Assembly: GCA_951406725.2 (NCBI GenBank)
Contig: OX597825.1
Span: 52,886,001 to 52,950,000, forward strand
Length of the DNA: 64,000 bases
Reading direction: 5' to 3'
Source: Octopus vulgaris
Lineage: Eukaryota
The notes under the pieces were generated by a model. The model did not search any database, was not told the DNA's origin, and worked only from the letters and a program-made list of their open reading frames with translations. The position numbers were made by a program, and so were the translations under genes. This document shows positions 43,421-54,823 of this stretch, piece after piece; position 1 is the first letter of the stretch, and every line of letters starts with the position of its first letter.

Positions 43421-44319
43421 ATGTGTATACATGTATAAAAATGAGAACAAAAAAAAATGTAACTTAATTTTCTCTTATGGTAAAAAGGTGCAAAAACACC
43501 ATATCTGTTCGGTGTCGCTATCTGTCAGGATTCCCAGACATCGATGTTTCTAGCTCCTTAGCTTTAATCAATGGGAAATACGTAAGAGAGCCAACTCTAA
43601 ATAGATCTTATAAAAAGATTACTCACTGATTCGCACCACTAGACCGCCACGTCATAGAAATTACCGAAATATTAGCGCTAAGCAGTGTTTAGATTAGTTA
43701 AAATATGCTTGTGACATATTTCATTTGCTACAAGGCAAATTCACTGCAACGGTGTTTAAACGCATTTTTAACTTTAGGAATAATTTTCTCTGCGGTAACT
43801 GCAGTGAATTTGCCTTTTAGCAATTGAAATATGCCACATCTTTTTCCTACACGGCTTATTTACTTCTTCATTCCTTCTGACTTTCTCTCTGCCCCTCTTT
43901 CGACTCTAGTCCTACAGGGCACTTTCATTTTCCTTTGCGCTGCTCATATTCGCCCGTCTGCCAGTTGCAAGGCTTTTTGTGTATATGTATTACTTTATTT
44001 GGTCGTGCTTGTTTTCGTCATTGTCCTGTTGTTCGTTAGCTATTCCGAAACAAGATGAGGACAAATATCTGTCAAATGTAAATAATGTACATAATTCCTC
44101 ATCTCTTAAATACAGAACTGTATTACCTCCTTCTTTCTTTATATTTTATACACTCCTAATGAAATGATCATTACCAACTGGACTTATTGGATTTCAACTA
44201 TATATTACACCCCTTTGTTTTGTTTTGATTTGGTTTCCTATGTGTAACCTGATCTATGAAATGATCGTTTTCTATGAGTTCCACCGTATAAGTTAAATCC
44301 ATACATTGTGCATTATATA

Positions 44320-45555
44320 CTAGAAGTGTATGAAGAGTTTTGAGCATAACCTAGTAACAGGACTGCTAGATAGCTGAAACAATTTATTTCTATTAAGTAC
44401 AGTCTTTTCTGAGTTTTCTTGTTAATTTTCATGATTCTGATACTTAAATTGCTTTTGTTGCAGGTTTTTGAATAAAGAAGTGTCGAGGTTACAGCGAGAA
44501 TGGAGAAAACTGCTTATCGTGCTGTCATAAAGTACCTTCATTTGAAAGGCATGACTCCATCAGAAATCCAAGAAGATATGGTAAGAAACTTAACAGACAA
44601 TGCTCCATGATATGCAACAGACAATGCTCCATGGTATGCAACAGACAAACGCTGGGTAAATGAATTCAAGCGTGGCAGGGAGAGTGTGGAAGATGATCCC
44701 AGACCAAGGACACCTCCAACGGCAAACATCAAGGACAACCTTGATCTTGCTCTTGGTATGATGATGCAAGATCGCCGAATATCATATCATCAGATTGCCG
44801 AGAGAATGGGCATCTCAATTGAAAGAGCAGTCAACATTGTGACAAAAGAACTTGGGTTCTCAAAGGTTTCCGCATGGTGGGTCCCTCGATGAAGATAATT
44901 TTCTCTCTCGAGAGAATGTTGGGTTCATCACTACCATCCTAAAACCAAAGAACAACCGAAGCAGTGGAAGCAGACATCTTCTTCTACCCCAAAGAAGGCT
45001 ATGGTCGTTCCTTCAGCTGGCAAGGTCATGGTGACCGTTTTTGTTTTTTATTCTCAAGGTGTCTTACTTACCGATTACCTTGAAAAGGGTCACACCGTGA
45101 CAGGGCAGCATTATTCTCAGGTACTGAAACGCATCCGAGAAGCAATCAAAGAAAAATTGCCAGGAATGCTCACCAGAGGAATCCTTTTCCATCACGACAA
45201 TGCTCCAGCCCACACCTCAGTAGTTGCTATAGTAACAATTCGTGATTGTGGATACATACTTGTTCGCCATCCGCCTTATTCGCCAGACTTAGCCCCCTCT
45301 GACTTTCATCTATTCCCCAAAATGGAAAAAGCCCTGGCTGCTCGCCATTTTGCCAGTGACAATGACGTCAAAGATGCCGTAGGAGGTTTCTTGGAGTCTC
45401 AAATAAAAGAGTTCTACGCCGGGATAATGGCGCTTCAGCACCGCTGCAGAGAGTGTTCAGTCGTCGAGGGGGGACTATGTTAAAAAAAATAAATCATCAG
45501 AAGTCTTGTGCTATGTTTTCTGTTTTGAGGCTCAAGACTTTTTATACACCCCTCG
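44320..45555 (+). mobile_element. Mariner transposon A, degenerate
   Basis: Imperfect TIRs CTAGAAGTGTATGAAGAGTTTTGAGC / GCTCAAGACTTTTTATACACCCCTCG. Transposase from 44500 'MEKTAYRAVIKYLHLKG..WVPR..FHHDNAPAH..HPPYSPDLAPSDFHLF'. A 24-bp internal duplication near 44593 and a deletion after WVPR. Confidence 0.92.
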
Positions 45556-45559
45556 CATA

Positions 45560-46924
45560 CGAGGGACGTTCAATAAGTAATGCCTCTGACCCACTTACAG
45601 TTGTTTGATCTAGCTAAAATTTTGCATGTGCAATTATTTATATCTCTATAGATGAAGTGGCAAATTACAGCTCTGAACTAATTGTGGTTTCTGATTTACA
45701 GGTGTTTCAACTGAGTCAAGTGTGAAATGGAGCCTGTTGAATGTCGAGCAGTGATCCGGTTTTCTGATTTACAGGTGTTTCAACTGAGTCAAGTGTGAAA
45801 TGGAGCCTGTTGAATGTCGAGCAGTGATCCGGTTTTTGTATTTGAAAGGACGCACACCACGGGAGACTTTTGATGAAATGAAAGTAACTTATGGTGATGA
45901 TGCTCCATCATATGACCTTGTAAAACGCTGGCATCGTAAATTCAAACATGGTCGGAACTCTGTGGAAACAGCTCCCAGATCTGGTCGCCCCCCTTCTGCC
46001 ATTGATGAGGCATCTGTCCGTCAAGTTGAGGCTGCCATTTTGGAAGATCGACGCATAACTATTCGCCAAATAGTCCATGAGGTCAAGATTAGTACCGGGT
46101 CTGTGGAAACTATCATTCATGACCATTTGCATATGCAAAAGGTGTCTGCCTGATGGATTCCCAGGTTGCTCACATCTTTCCAGAAGCAAGAACGCGTCGA
46201 GTGCTCGAGGATGAATTTGGAGATATGCCAAGAAGATGAGTCAAAACTTTTCAAAAGACTGATTACACAGGATGAAACCTGGGTCCATCACGATGATCCA
46301 GAGACCAAATCCCAGTCAATGCAGTGGAAGCACCGTGACTCACCACCTCCAAAGAAGGCAAGGGTGCAGCCCTCCGCTGGCAAGGTCATGCTCACAGTCT
46401 TCTGGGACCAGGACAGAGTAGTGATGACAGATTTCCTGGCAAAGGGTACCACAATTACAGGAGCCTATTATGCTTCCCTTTTGAGGAAATTAAGAGAAGC
46501 TATCAAAATCGAGAGGCGGGGCAAGATCAGCAAAGGCATCCTCCTCCTGCAGGACAACGCTCCGGTCCACAACTCGCGTGTCGCCAGATCAGAAGCACAG
46601 ACGTGTGGCTATGAACTCCTCCCCCATCCTCCTACTCTTCTGACCTTGCACCTTCTGATTTTCATCTCTTCCCAGCAACGAAGTTATTTTTGAAAGGAAA
46701 GCGTTTCCCAGATGATGAAGCCTTGATTTCTGAAGTTACGTCGTGGTTGGAGGACCAAGCTGGGGTCTTCTAAAAAATCGGTCTCCAGAGCTGCATCAAA
46801 CGATAGCAGAAATGTGTAACTTTGGGTGGTTCCTATGTAGAAAAAGACTAATAACTGTGCCAAGTTTCGTTGCTCTACTGCTATGGGAAGTGGGTCAGGG
46901 GCATTACTTATTGAACGCCCCTCG
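45560..46924 (+). mobile_element. Mariner transposon B, full length
   Basis: 37-bp TIRs (CGAGGGACGTTCAATAAGTAATGCCTCTGACCCACTT, 2 mismatches) and TA TSDs at 45558-45559 and 46925-46926. Confidence 0.95.
45800..46851 (+). pseudogene. Mariner transposase with stops and a frameshift
   Basis: 'MEPVECRAVIRFLYLKG..', '*WIPR', 'ITQDETWVHH', 'LLQDNAPVH', frameshifted 'YSSDLAPSDFHLF'. Confidence 0.92.
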
Positions 46925-46956
46925 TATGTGTGTGTGTAAATATATATGTATTTATG

Positions 46957-47024
<68 letters not shown>

Positions 47025-47899
47025 ATATAATATGTATATATATTCAGATATTATAAGTGGTCCAGTCGTAGAATCGTTATATTTTCACCTACTATTACAT
47101 ATTTAAAACAAGAAGGCAATTCTCCCATGAAACAAGATATCTCCTGACTTTCTGGTTATTTATAATTTTAGCCGCAAATCTGGGATGTTGAGTTTAAGTA
47201 AAGAAAACAAATAATTGTTAGATGAAAAGAAAAGAATAATATGTAAGACATCATTATTATTTTATGCACAATTTGTTAATTAGACGGAAAAAAAATTGAA
47301 GCCTGCCTAAAGCTTTCTAAAAATGCCACCAGGAGCAACCGTATCTCGATTTTCTGTAATTTTTCCTATTTTGTCTATATGTTTGAAACTATATGTAAAT
47401 CAAAGACACACGCATACAACCATATGTATATTTGCGTGTGTTGTGTGTCTGCGAAATTACTTTCCCTTTCTTTCATTGCATATATACCTATCTGGCTATG
47501 TATGTATAATATAAATATATATAAATGCATATACATACATTTACATGTATATTTACACACACATACACATATATATATGGAGAGAAGGAAGAAAAGGGAG
47601 ATCGGGACATATTTATGCGTAGGCATCAATAAATATAAATTTGTATCGGTGTTATATGTATATATTCATTCAGCCCCTCCTTTACATCATGATCATAATG
47701 TATATCTCAGCATTTTAAAACGCCAATATGTCTCAAGGCTTTTGTTTTGCCTCTACTGCTTTCATCACGCTGATGTTGAAGATCTAGTTAAACAGTTTCT
47801 TACAGATAGGCAAAAGAATCACTCACATACTCTCACACAAACGCACATAAGGAAAATACGCAGAAATTTTATGTTTGAAGAAAGAAATATATTTATGAA

Positions 47900-49260
47900 A
47901 TGAAAATCTTACACAGTCGGCCGGTTTCGAGTATGGAAATTATGACTGAGTAGTTATTCTTAATGTTATAATTTCTTGCTATTCAGGTTAGTAGAAGAGC
48001 ATAATACCTTGTGTTGCACTATAAATGTTTTCATTTCATGCAATTGAGTGGTCAATGTTCTTGCTAAATAATTTTTCAGTCAGACTTTATTTTCTACAGA
48101 ACTTAGAGATATTGACCTGTATCATATTGAAGTTGTGGTATTACAGTATTGGGGAGACATTTATAAATTTCGAGAGGACTTGGCTTTATATTAGAAGGGT
48201 TTTGTATGAAGGGTTGACTATCTTCGGTTTTCTGTATTCTGTTCCACCGTTTTTCATCCTGAATTCTATCGAGTGGGTGCAAATATATCAACTTTGGGTC
48301 GGTAATAATTGGGTTGCTTTTTAGGTTCAGATTGATATGAGCCCTATATAAGTTTTTCCATTTTATGTATGTCGGATTCCCCTGGGAGATATTTTGTGTT
48401 AAGGAACAAAAATTTAGGATCATTCTAGTTGGGTTGCCATGCTGTCTAAGTAATATAGAGTTTATTTATTTGTTTGTTTTAGTCCTTGGAGAAAAGTTTG
48501 GTGTGCAGATTATGTAACGTATTCCTGCAGCTTGGTTCCTTGACGGTTCTCAAGTCATGGCTTATATATTTTTTCCAAGTGCTCAGCCCCCTGCCGTTTG
48601 TTGATGACATTTTCGAGAAAACTCTGGGCATCCATGAAAATTAACTGGCTTGTCTATTCCAGGGGAACTTGTGGGTTGGTGACTACTAATTTTTGATCTG
48701 ATAGTGCTACCGAGAAATGCTACCAATCTGAGATTAACTCTTCAGGTATGAGATGGGCGTGTCTGAGATGTTCGTAGGGCGACGAAACCATTTTGTACGC
48801 ACTTTTTCAGTGTCCGACATTGCTGAAATTTGTAGTTATGTAGAACATTTGTTGTTGCTTATGGGACAGATCCAGCTGTCAGCCAAGTCTAACATGATGA
48901 CTGTTCTGTATCCATCCTTTAATTGGCCAGATAAGATAGTTTTACTCTGTGTGATAGTTTTAGCAAGAATTTGTAATGCGGTATGGACACAGAAACTTGC
49001 CCCTTTGTTAGAACCCTTACCGAATTTTTCAAGTTTCAATTGAAAGTAAAATTGGAACACGAGAGGGAAATGCTATTCGCAAGTAAATTTAATGAAAGTT
49101 ATGAAAAAGTGGCAAATGTGGCAGGAACGAATGGGGCCAATCTAGGCATAGCTATATATGTAAGAGAACGGCAATCGAAGAGGGGCTTTACACTTGGGAT
49201 TCAGGAGACCTGGGACTGTAGGGTTTCTCGATTGGTCCTAGAGCTTCTTTTATATTAAGA
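47900..49260 (-). mobile_element. Degenerate Penelope-like N-terminal relic
   Basis: 'LNFCSLT..NLKSNPII' resembles the PLE pre-RT 'GLNFCP..LK.N..III' motifs. A half hammerhead 'ctcGAAAccggcc' lies at ~47915-47935 (minus). Confidence 0.35.
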
Positions 49261-49424
49261 AAATTGCATCATCATCTACTTTTTTTAATGCTATAAAATA
49301 CATTGCAAATATTTTTTCATCCTTCGATTCAATATAGTAGCCATGTCTGGTTTTGTATCATACTCTCATTCATTGTCCAGATGGCAAATAAAAGTCATTA
49401 TTATTATTATATATTATTATTATT

Positions 49425-51945
49425 CTATGTTTGACTTTTGCTTTATATTTGTACAAGTTGGCTCCAAGTCTCACCCAGAGACCTCAAGAGACAACAGGGT
49501 TGGAAGTTCATGTTGTTGTTATGCCTAGTGTGCCATATATTTGGGGGGTGGGGATGTTGTACTAATGAATGTCTAAGAAAAAAAGGTTGTTTTTTTTTTT
49601 TTTTTTTAAACCGAAAATTATGTTTGTTTTAAACCTTGAGATTACATAGAGAGTATTTTGCGTAGGATATGAGCAGTTCCCATGAGCACTATCTTTTGAA
49701 CTTCTGCCATTTTTGGGTTTCCTGGTATCTGAGTTAGGTAGCAATCAGCCCCTTTTGCTATCATTCCCAGGGCACCTATGACAACAGGTATTGTTTTAGT
49801 CTTCAGCTTCCAGATTTTGCTGATTTCTATTTCAAGATCTTTATATTTGCTCAGTTTTTGGTAGGTCTTGACAGATACGTTTATATCGATTGGGACAGTC
49901 ATATCAATGAGGAGGCATGTTCTTTGTTTGAAGTCTTTCAATATGATGTCTGGCCTATTTGCATCTATCTTCCTGTCAGTTTGAATGGTGAAGTTCCAGA
50001 GGAGTGAGATGTGGTCATTTTCAAGCACTGGGGGTGGTTTGTGTTCCCACCAGTTTTTTTCATGGGGCAAATCCAGGTTTTTACAGATTACCCAGTGAAT
50101 ATATTGTGCAGCTCTATCGTGCCTGTTGAGATACTCTGTAGGCGCTAGAAGACTGCACTTGGAGACCACATGGTCAATGGTTTCATTTTGTTGCTTGCAT
50201 ACACGACACGTTGGACTGCTTCTGATCTTTAATATGTTGGCCTGGTAGTTTCTTGTTGGTAGGCATTGATCTTCAGCTGCTATGATAAACCCCTCTGTTT
50301 CAGATTTTAAGCCAGAGGCCATTAGCCATTGATGGGTCAGGGCTTTGTCGATATCTGCATTATTCGCTCTCTTTGGGTATTTGCCATAGAGAGGTTTTTC
50401 GTGCCATTTATTATTCAGAATATCTAAGGCCGCAGTTTTGGCACGGGTTTTCATGCGCCTAGCTTTTTCTGTGCTTGTTTCTTGTATATCTATCTCTAAT
50501 TCCGAAATTGGTTGTATTCGGAATTCACTTAGATATTCCTTTGCCTGTTTTGTGACTGAGTATGATGCTTTCTTGTTTACATGTTTTGAGACAAGTTTTA
50601 ACATCCAGTCCTCAGATTTTTTCAGGTAGGTGTCTAGGCCAATTGTAGCAATCTTCATTGTTATTGCCAGTTGCAAAAGACCACGGCCTCCCTCTTTTCT
50701 TGGCAGATAGAGTCGTTCTGTATCTGCCTTAGGGTGGTGCATTCTATGCATTGTCAACAGTTTCCTTATTTTTCTGTCGAGCTGACATATTTCAGTAATT
50801 GACCAGTTAACAATATTGAAACTGTAGGTCACGACTGGTATAGCTAATGCACTGATCGCTTCGATCCTGTTTCTTGCATTCAGCTCTGTCTTGAGTATTG
50901 CTCTCACTCTTCGATAGCATTCTCTCCTGATCCTTTCCTTCATCTCTGACTGCCTTATTCCGTTCCCTTCAATTACCCCTAGGTACTTGTAGCTCTCCGC
51001 TGGGTCTAGTTCTTTTATGACATTCTGTTGGTCAAGGTTAACGTTAGATGTTTCTGTCATTTTTCCTTTGATAAAGGTAGCCTTTGCACATTTATCGAGG
51101 CCGAATTGCATTCTGATGTCGTCACTGAATTGTTTGACTATCGCTAGTAAGCCCTTGAGTTGTTGATCATTTTTTGCAAAAAGCTTTAAATCATCCATGT
51201 AAACGAGATGATTTATATTTTTATCAAACATTTTATACCCGTACTGCGCGTCATTGAGCAGCTTTGAGAGAGGTATTAAGGATAAACAAAAGAGGAGTGG
51301 TGACAGTGAGTCATCCTGGAAAATGCCACACGAAATGTTTACATCACCAACATTTAGGGATTCACTGTCACTGTTCAGAGTTAGTGTGGTTCTCCATGAT
51401 CTCATACTTACAGTCAAGAAGTTTCGCAGAGTTGGTGCTATCTTATACATTTCAAGGCATTTCCTAATCCAGCTATGTGGTAGGCTATCAAAAGCCTTTT
51501 TATAGTCTATCCAGGCTATTGATAAGTTTTTGTGTCGTTTGTGACAATCTTCTAAGATCATCTTATTGATGAGTAGTTGGTCTTTACAGCCGTAGGATCC
51601 ACGTTTACATCCTTTCTGTTCATTAGGGAATATGCTGCTGTCTGTTAAAAAACTATAGGTATATTCCGTCAGGACAGATGTTAGTGTTTTGTACATAGTT
51701 GTTAAGCAGGTTATGGGTCTATAGTTTTTTGGTTCATTTGTTTCTTCACTTTTTGGAAGCAGGAATGTTAACCCATTAACTAGCCAAGGAGGCATCCTAC
51801 TAGGGTGTTGCAAAACATCATTGTACAGTTCTGTTAGCAGTTCATGGCTCTCTGGGAAGGCATTCAGCCAGAAGTTAGGAATTTTATCCTTTCCTGGAGA
51901 CTTCCATTTGCTTGACCTCCTGAGAGCAGATCTTATATCTTCTAT
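49425..51945 (-). mobile_element. Young 5'-truncated R4/Dong-clade non-LTR retrotransposon inserted in (TAA)n
   Basis: Uninterrupted reading frame, ~215-bp 3' UTR, and (AAT)n on both flanks in the same orientation. Confidence 0.93.
49642..51813 (-). CDS. Retrotransposon polyprotein: reverse transcriptase, CCHC finger, PD-(D/E)xK restriction-like endonuclease (5'-truncated)
   Basis: 'NYRPITCL', 'EQKGC', 'WIDYKKAFDS', 'GIFQDDSLSP', 'YMDDLKL', 'CRVC-x8-H-x4-C', 'RHD', 'RPDII..LIDMTVP..KLSKY', 'PVVIGALG'. The frame stays open upstream to ~51945 ('IEDIRSALRRSSKWKSPGKD') with no native ATG. Confidence 0.9.
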   Translation of the reverse strand: MQHPSRMPPWLVNGLTFLLPKSEETNEPKNYRPITCLTTMYKTLTSVLTEYTYSFLTDSSIFPNEQKGCKRGSYGCKDQLLINKMILEDCHKRHKNLSIAWIDYKKAFDSLPHSWIRKCLEMYKIAPTLRNFLTVSMRSWRTTLTLNSDSESLNVGDVNISCGIFQDDSLSPLLFCLSLIPLSKLLNDAQYGYKMFDKNINHLVYMDDLKLFAKNDQQLKGLLAIVKQFSDDIRMQFGLDKCAKATFIKGKMTETSNVNLDQQNVIKELDPAESYKYLGVIEGNGIRQSEMKERIRRECYRRVRAILKTELNARNRIEAISALAIPVVTYSFNIVNWSITEICQLDRKIRKLLTMHRMHHPKADTERLYLPRKEGGRGLLQLAITMKIATIGLDTYLKKSEDWMLKLVSKHVNKKASYSVTKQAKEYLSEFRIQPISELEIDIQETSTEKARRMKTRAKTAALDILNNKWHEKPLYGKYPKRANNADIDKALTHQWLMASGLKSETEGFIIAAEDQCLPTRNYQANILKIRSSPTCRVCKQQNETIDHVVSKCSLLAPTEYLNRHDRAAQYIHWVICKNLDLPHEKNWWEHKPPPVLENDHISLLWNFTIQTDRKIDANRPDIILKDFKQRTCLLIDMTVPIDINVSVKTYQKLSKYKDLEIEISKIWKLKTKTIPVVIGALGMIAKGADCYLTQIPGNPKMAEVQKIVLMGTAHILRKILSM

Positions 51946-52424
51946 ATTATTATTATTATTATTATTATTGTTGATGTTGTTGTTGTTGTTGTTGTTGTTG
52001 GTAGAATCGCTAGAGCATCGGAAAATGCATAATGCATTTGTTCCGGCTCCTTAAATTCTGTTCAGATTTTGTCGGGATCAACATTGCTTTTCATTCATCA
52101 GGGCGGAATGGAATAAGAAGATATCAGTCAAATACTGGGATCGGGGAGATTGAGTAAAATCATACCACGAAATTGGCCATGCGCTTATATTCGAAATAGT
52201 ATCCTCCCCATTCCCTTCCCCCCCTCCTCCCCTCCTCCTCCTCCTCCTCCTCATCATCATCATCATCGTTGACAAAATGCTTTGGAGCATTTCTTCTGAC
52301 TCATTACTTTCTGACTTCAAATTCAGCTGAGATCGACTTTGCCGGCCTTGATGAAACAAGTACCAGGTGAGTAGTGAGATCGAAATAATCAACCGGACAC
52401 CAACTACAAAATTTCAGGTCGTGT

Positions 52425-52474
<50 letters not shown>

Positions 52475-52639
52475 GCTGTTCTTGTTCTTGTTGTTGTTGT
52501 TCTTGTTCTTCTTCTTGTTCTTCTTCTTGTTCTTCTTCTTCTTGTTCTTGTTCTTCTTGTTCTTCTTCTTCTTCTTCTTCTTCTTCTTCTTCTTCTTCTT
52601 CTTCTTCTTCTTCTTCTTCTTCTTCTGCTGCTGCTGCTG

Positions 52640-52835
52640 TTGTTATGCCGGAATCTTTCGCATGCCGGGCAAATGCTTAGCGGCATTTCGCCCGTCTTTA
52701 CGTTATGAGTTCGAAAAGTCGATTTTATCTTTTATCCTTTCGGTTGATAAAGTAAGAACTTGTCCAGTACTGTGTTTCAATGTAACTGACTTGATCCCAT
52801 CCACAAATTTCAAGCCTTCTGTCTATTGTAGAAAG
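52640..52835 (+). mobile_element. SINE family B, diverged
   Basis: 'gcatgccgggcaaatgcttagcggcatttcg..gagttcgaa..tcctttcggttgataaa'. Confidence 0.78.
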
Positions 52836-53593
52836 GGTTACTCTACAAGCACGAAAGTGCACCCAAGTGGGACTGCTCGAGATTCACGCAATGTGATGAA
52901 ACCGTTCTACACTCACTCATGCAGCTTTGTCGAACAGCTGTCATCAGAAGTGGGACGAATCAGTCTATCGGCCGAATCTATCGTGAGTATCGCCTCGACA
53001 CCAGCCTTTAAGAAGGCAGAGTAGGTGGTTTTCTTCTGTGCAGTAACTAAGGTGAATTAAATAATGAGGTCCACCAGGCTGAAATGATTGAAGAAAGACA
53101 CCTTCAACTTCGAGCAAACCTCCATCAACTGTTTCAAGTTCCACCAAGAAAGGAAGATGAGTGTGGTGAAGGAAGTGTTACTTACTGGTGAATTTGCGAA
53201 AAGATGGGTGATTATGGCAGAAATGTATAAGGTGAATGATCCTACTCTAAATATGCGCCTGTAGATTGGAGACCAACAGTTGGGTAGGACTCGTGCCTTT
53301 GGTGGTTAGGATAATCCTGATTCTGTGGCGTTCCATGACTGGCCCTATTTGGAGCTTCTCCCAAATCAGGATAAAAGTATACGATGTATACTTTTATCTC
53401 ATTTGGCAGTCTTTCCAATTTCTTTCTCTTCAGCCTTTATGTAACTCCTCGTACAAATTGTAGATTGTCCTTGTGATGTATATCTCTGTCCACCTCGTCT
53501 ATACTTTCGTTGCTAATAAAAGATACCATAATCATCATCATCATCACCATCGTCGTCGTCGTCGTCACCAGCATCACCATCATAATCATCTCG

Positions 53594-53624
<31 letters not shown>

Positions 53625-53689
53625 TATCAAGTCTGTGAGGTGACAAAATCTTTAACACGCCAAACAAAATATCTTGCTGCTTTTCTTCC

Positions 53690-53840
53690 AGTTAAAATTC
53701 TGTTGAGGTCGACTTTGCCTTTCATCCTTTCGGGTGCGAGGGGAGGGTTTCAATAAATTAAACACCAGTCGAGTAATGGGGTCGATGTAATCGACTAGCG
53801 CCTTCCCCACAAATTTCAGGTCTTGCGTCTTTAGCAGAAA
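53690..53840 (+). mobile_element. SINE family B, 5'-truncated
   Basis: GAGGTCGACTTTGCCTTTCATCCTTTCGGG..GGGGTCGATGTAATCGACT. Confidence 0.8.
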
Positions 53841-54099
53841 TGTCTGTTGTCATTATAATCATTATTATTTGCTTCTGTCTGCATGCTACATGATTATCAT
53901 TTCGTATTACAAAAATTGTTATGTTTGCTCTCTTGGAGTTTTTTTAAAAACATTATTGTTGTTCGCAATGATTGCAGACCGAAAGGAGAAAAAAGTTCTT
54001 CTTATTCTAGTAGTTTGGCCTGTCGTATTTCGAAGAATTTGTTTCTTAATTGTTCTCAAAAGCGCAAAACAAACTATAAACATAAGTTAGAAACTAACC

Positions 54100-54398
54100 C
54101 ATATTGCTCTCAACCAGAGTCTATATGAACCCTTAAGGTCCATATAATATTTTTGGTGGGGGGATCCACGCAAGCAAAATAATATGTAGGGTCCACAGTA
54201 TTTTAAGAGTCCACGAAAAATATTGCTTTAGATGTATTTATTGCAAGTAATTTTTTTTGTCTAATGTTTTTCATAGTGCAACCTATGTGTGAAAAACTAA
54301 ATAGGTTTTAAACATCTAATGGCTATAAAACTAGTTTTAAACAGCGAATAGTAATCAAACGGGTCTAGTGGTAAAAAAAAACTATTTGAGAACCACTG
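54100..54398. mobile_element. hAT-type MITE related to 10843-11130
   Basis: Ends 'ctctcaacc' / 'ttgagaaccactg' and recurring 'gggtcca' motifs. No clear TSD. Confidence 0.6.
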
Positions 54399-54647
54399 GG
54401 TTAGATTTTGCTAGGTGATGACGAAAAGTTATCAGCAAGAGAAGATACAAGTAGCGACAGGAGATACAAGCAGCAAAAGGAAGCCCGTCAGAGAAAACTT
54501 CCTTATGACTTCTTTCTCCAAGAAAAACTTTCCCGCTTTCAAATCCCAATCACCCTCAACAATACTACTGTGACTGTCATGTAACATTTAGTAGAAAGCC
54601 GTGTTAGGAACAGCATCGACGACATGTTGAACAGCAGCAGCAGCAGC

Positions 54648-54790
54648 AGAAGAAGAAGAAGAAGAAGAAGAAGAAGAAGAAGAAGAAGAAGAAGAAGAAG
54701 AAGAAGAAGAAGAAGAAGAAGAAGAAGAAGAAGAAGAAGAAGAAGAAGAAGAAGAAGAAGAAGAAGAAGAAGAAGAAGAAGAAGAAGAAG

Positions 54791-54819
<29 letters not shown>
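54648..54819. repeat. (GAA)n microsatellite
   Basis: Pure run. Confidence 0.97.
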
Positions 54820-54823
<4 letters not shown>

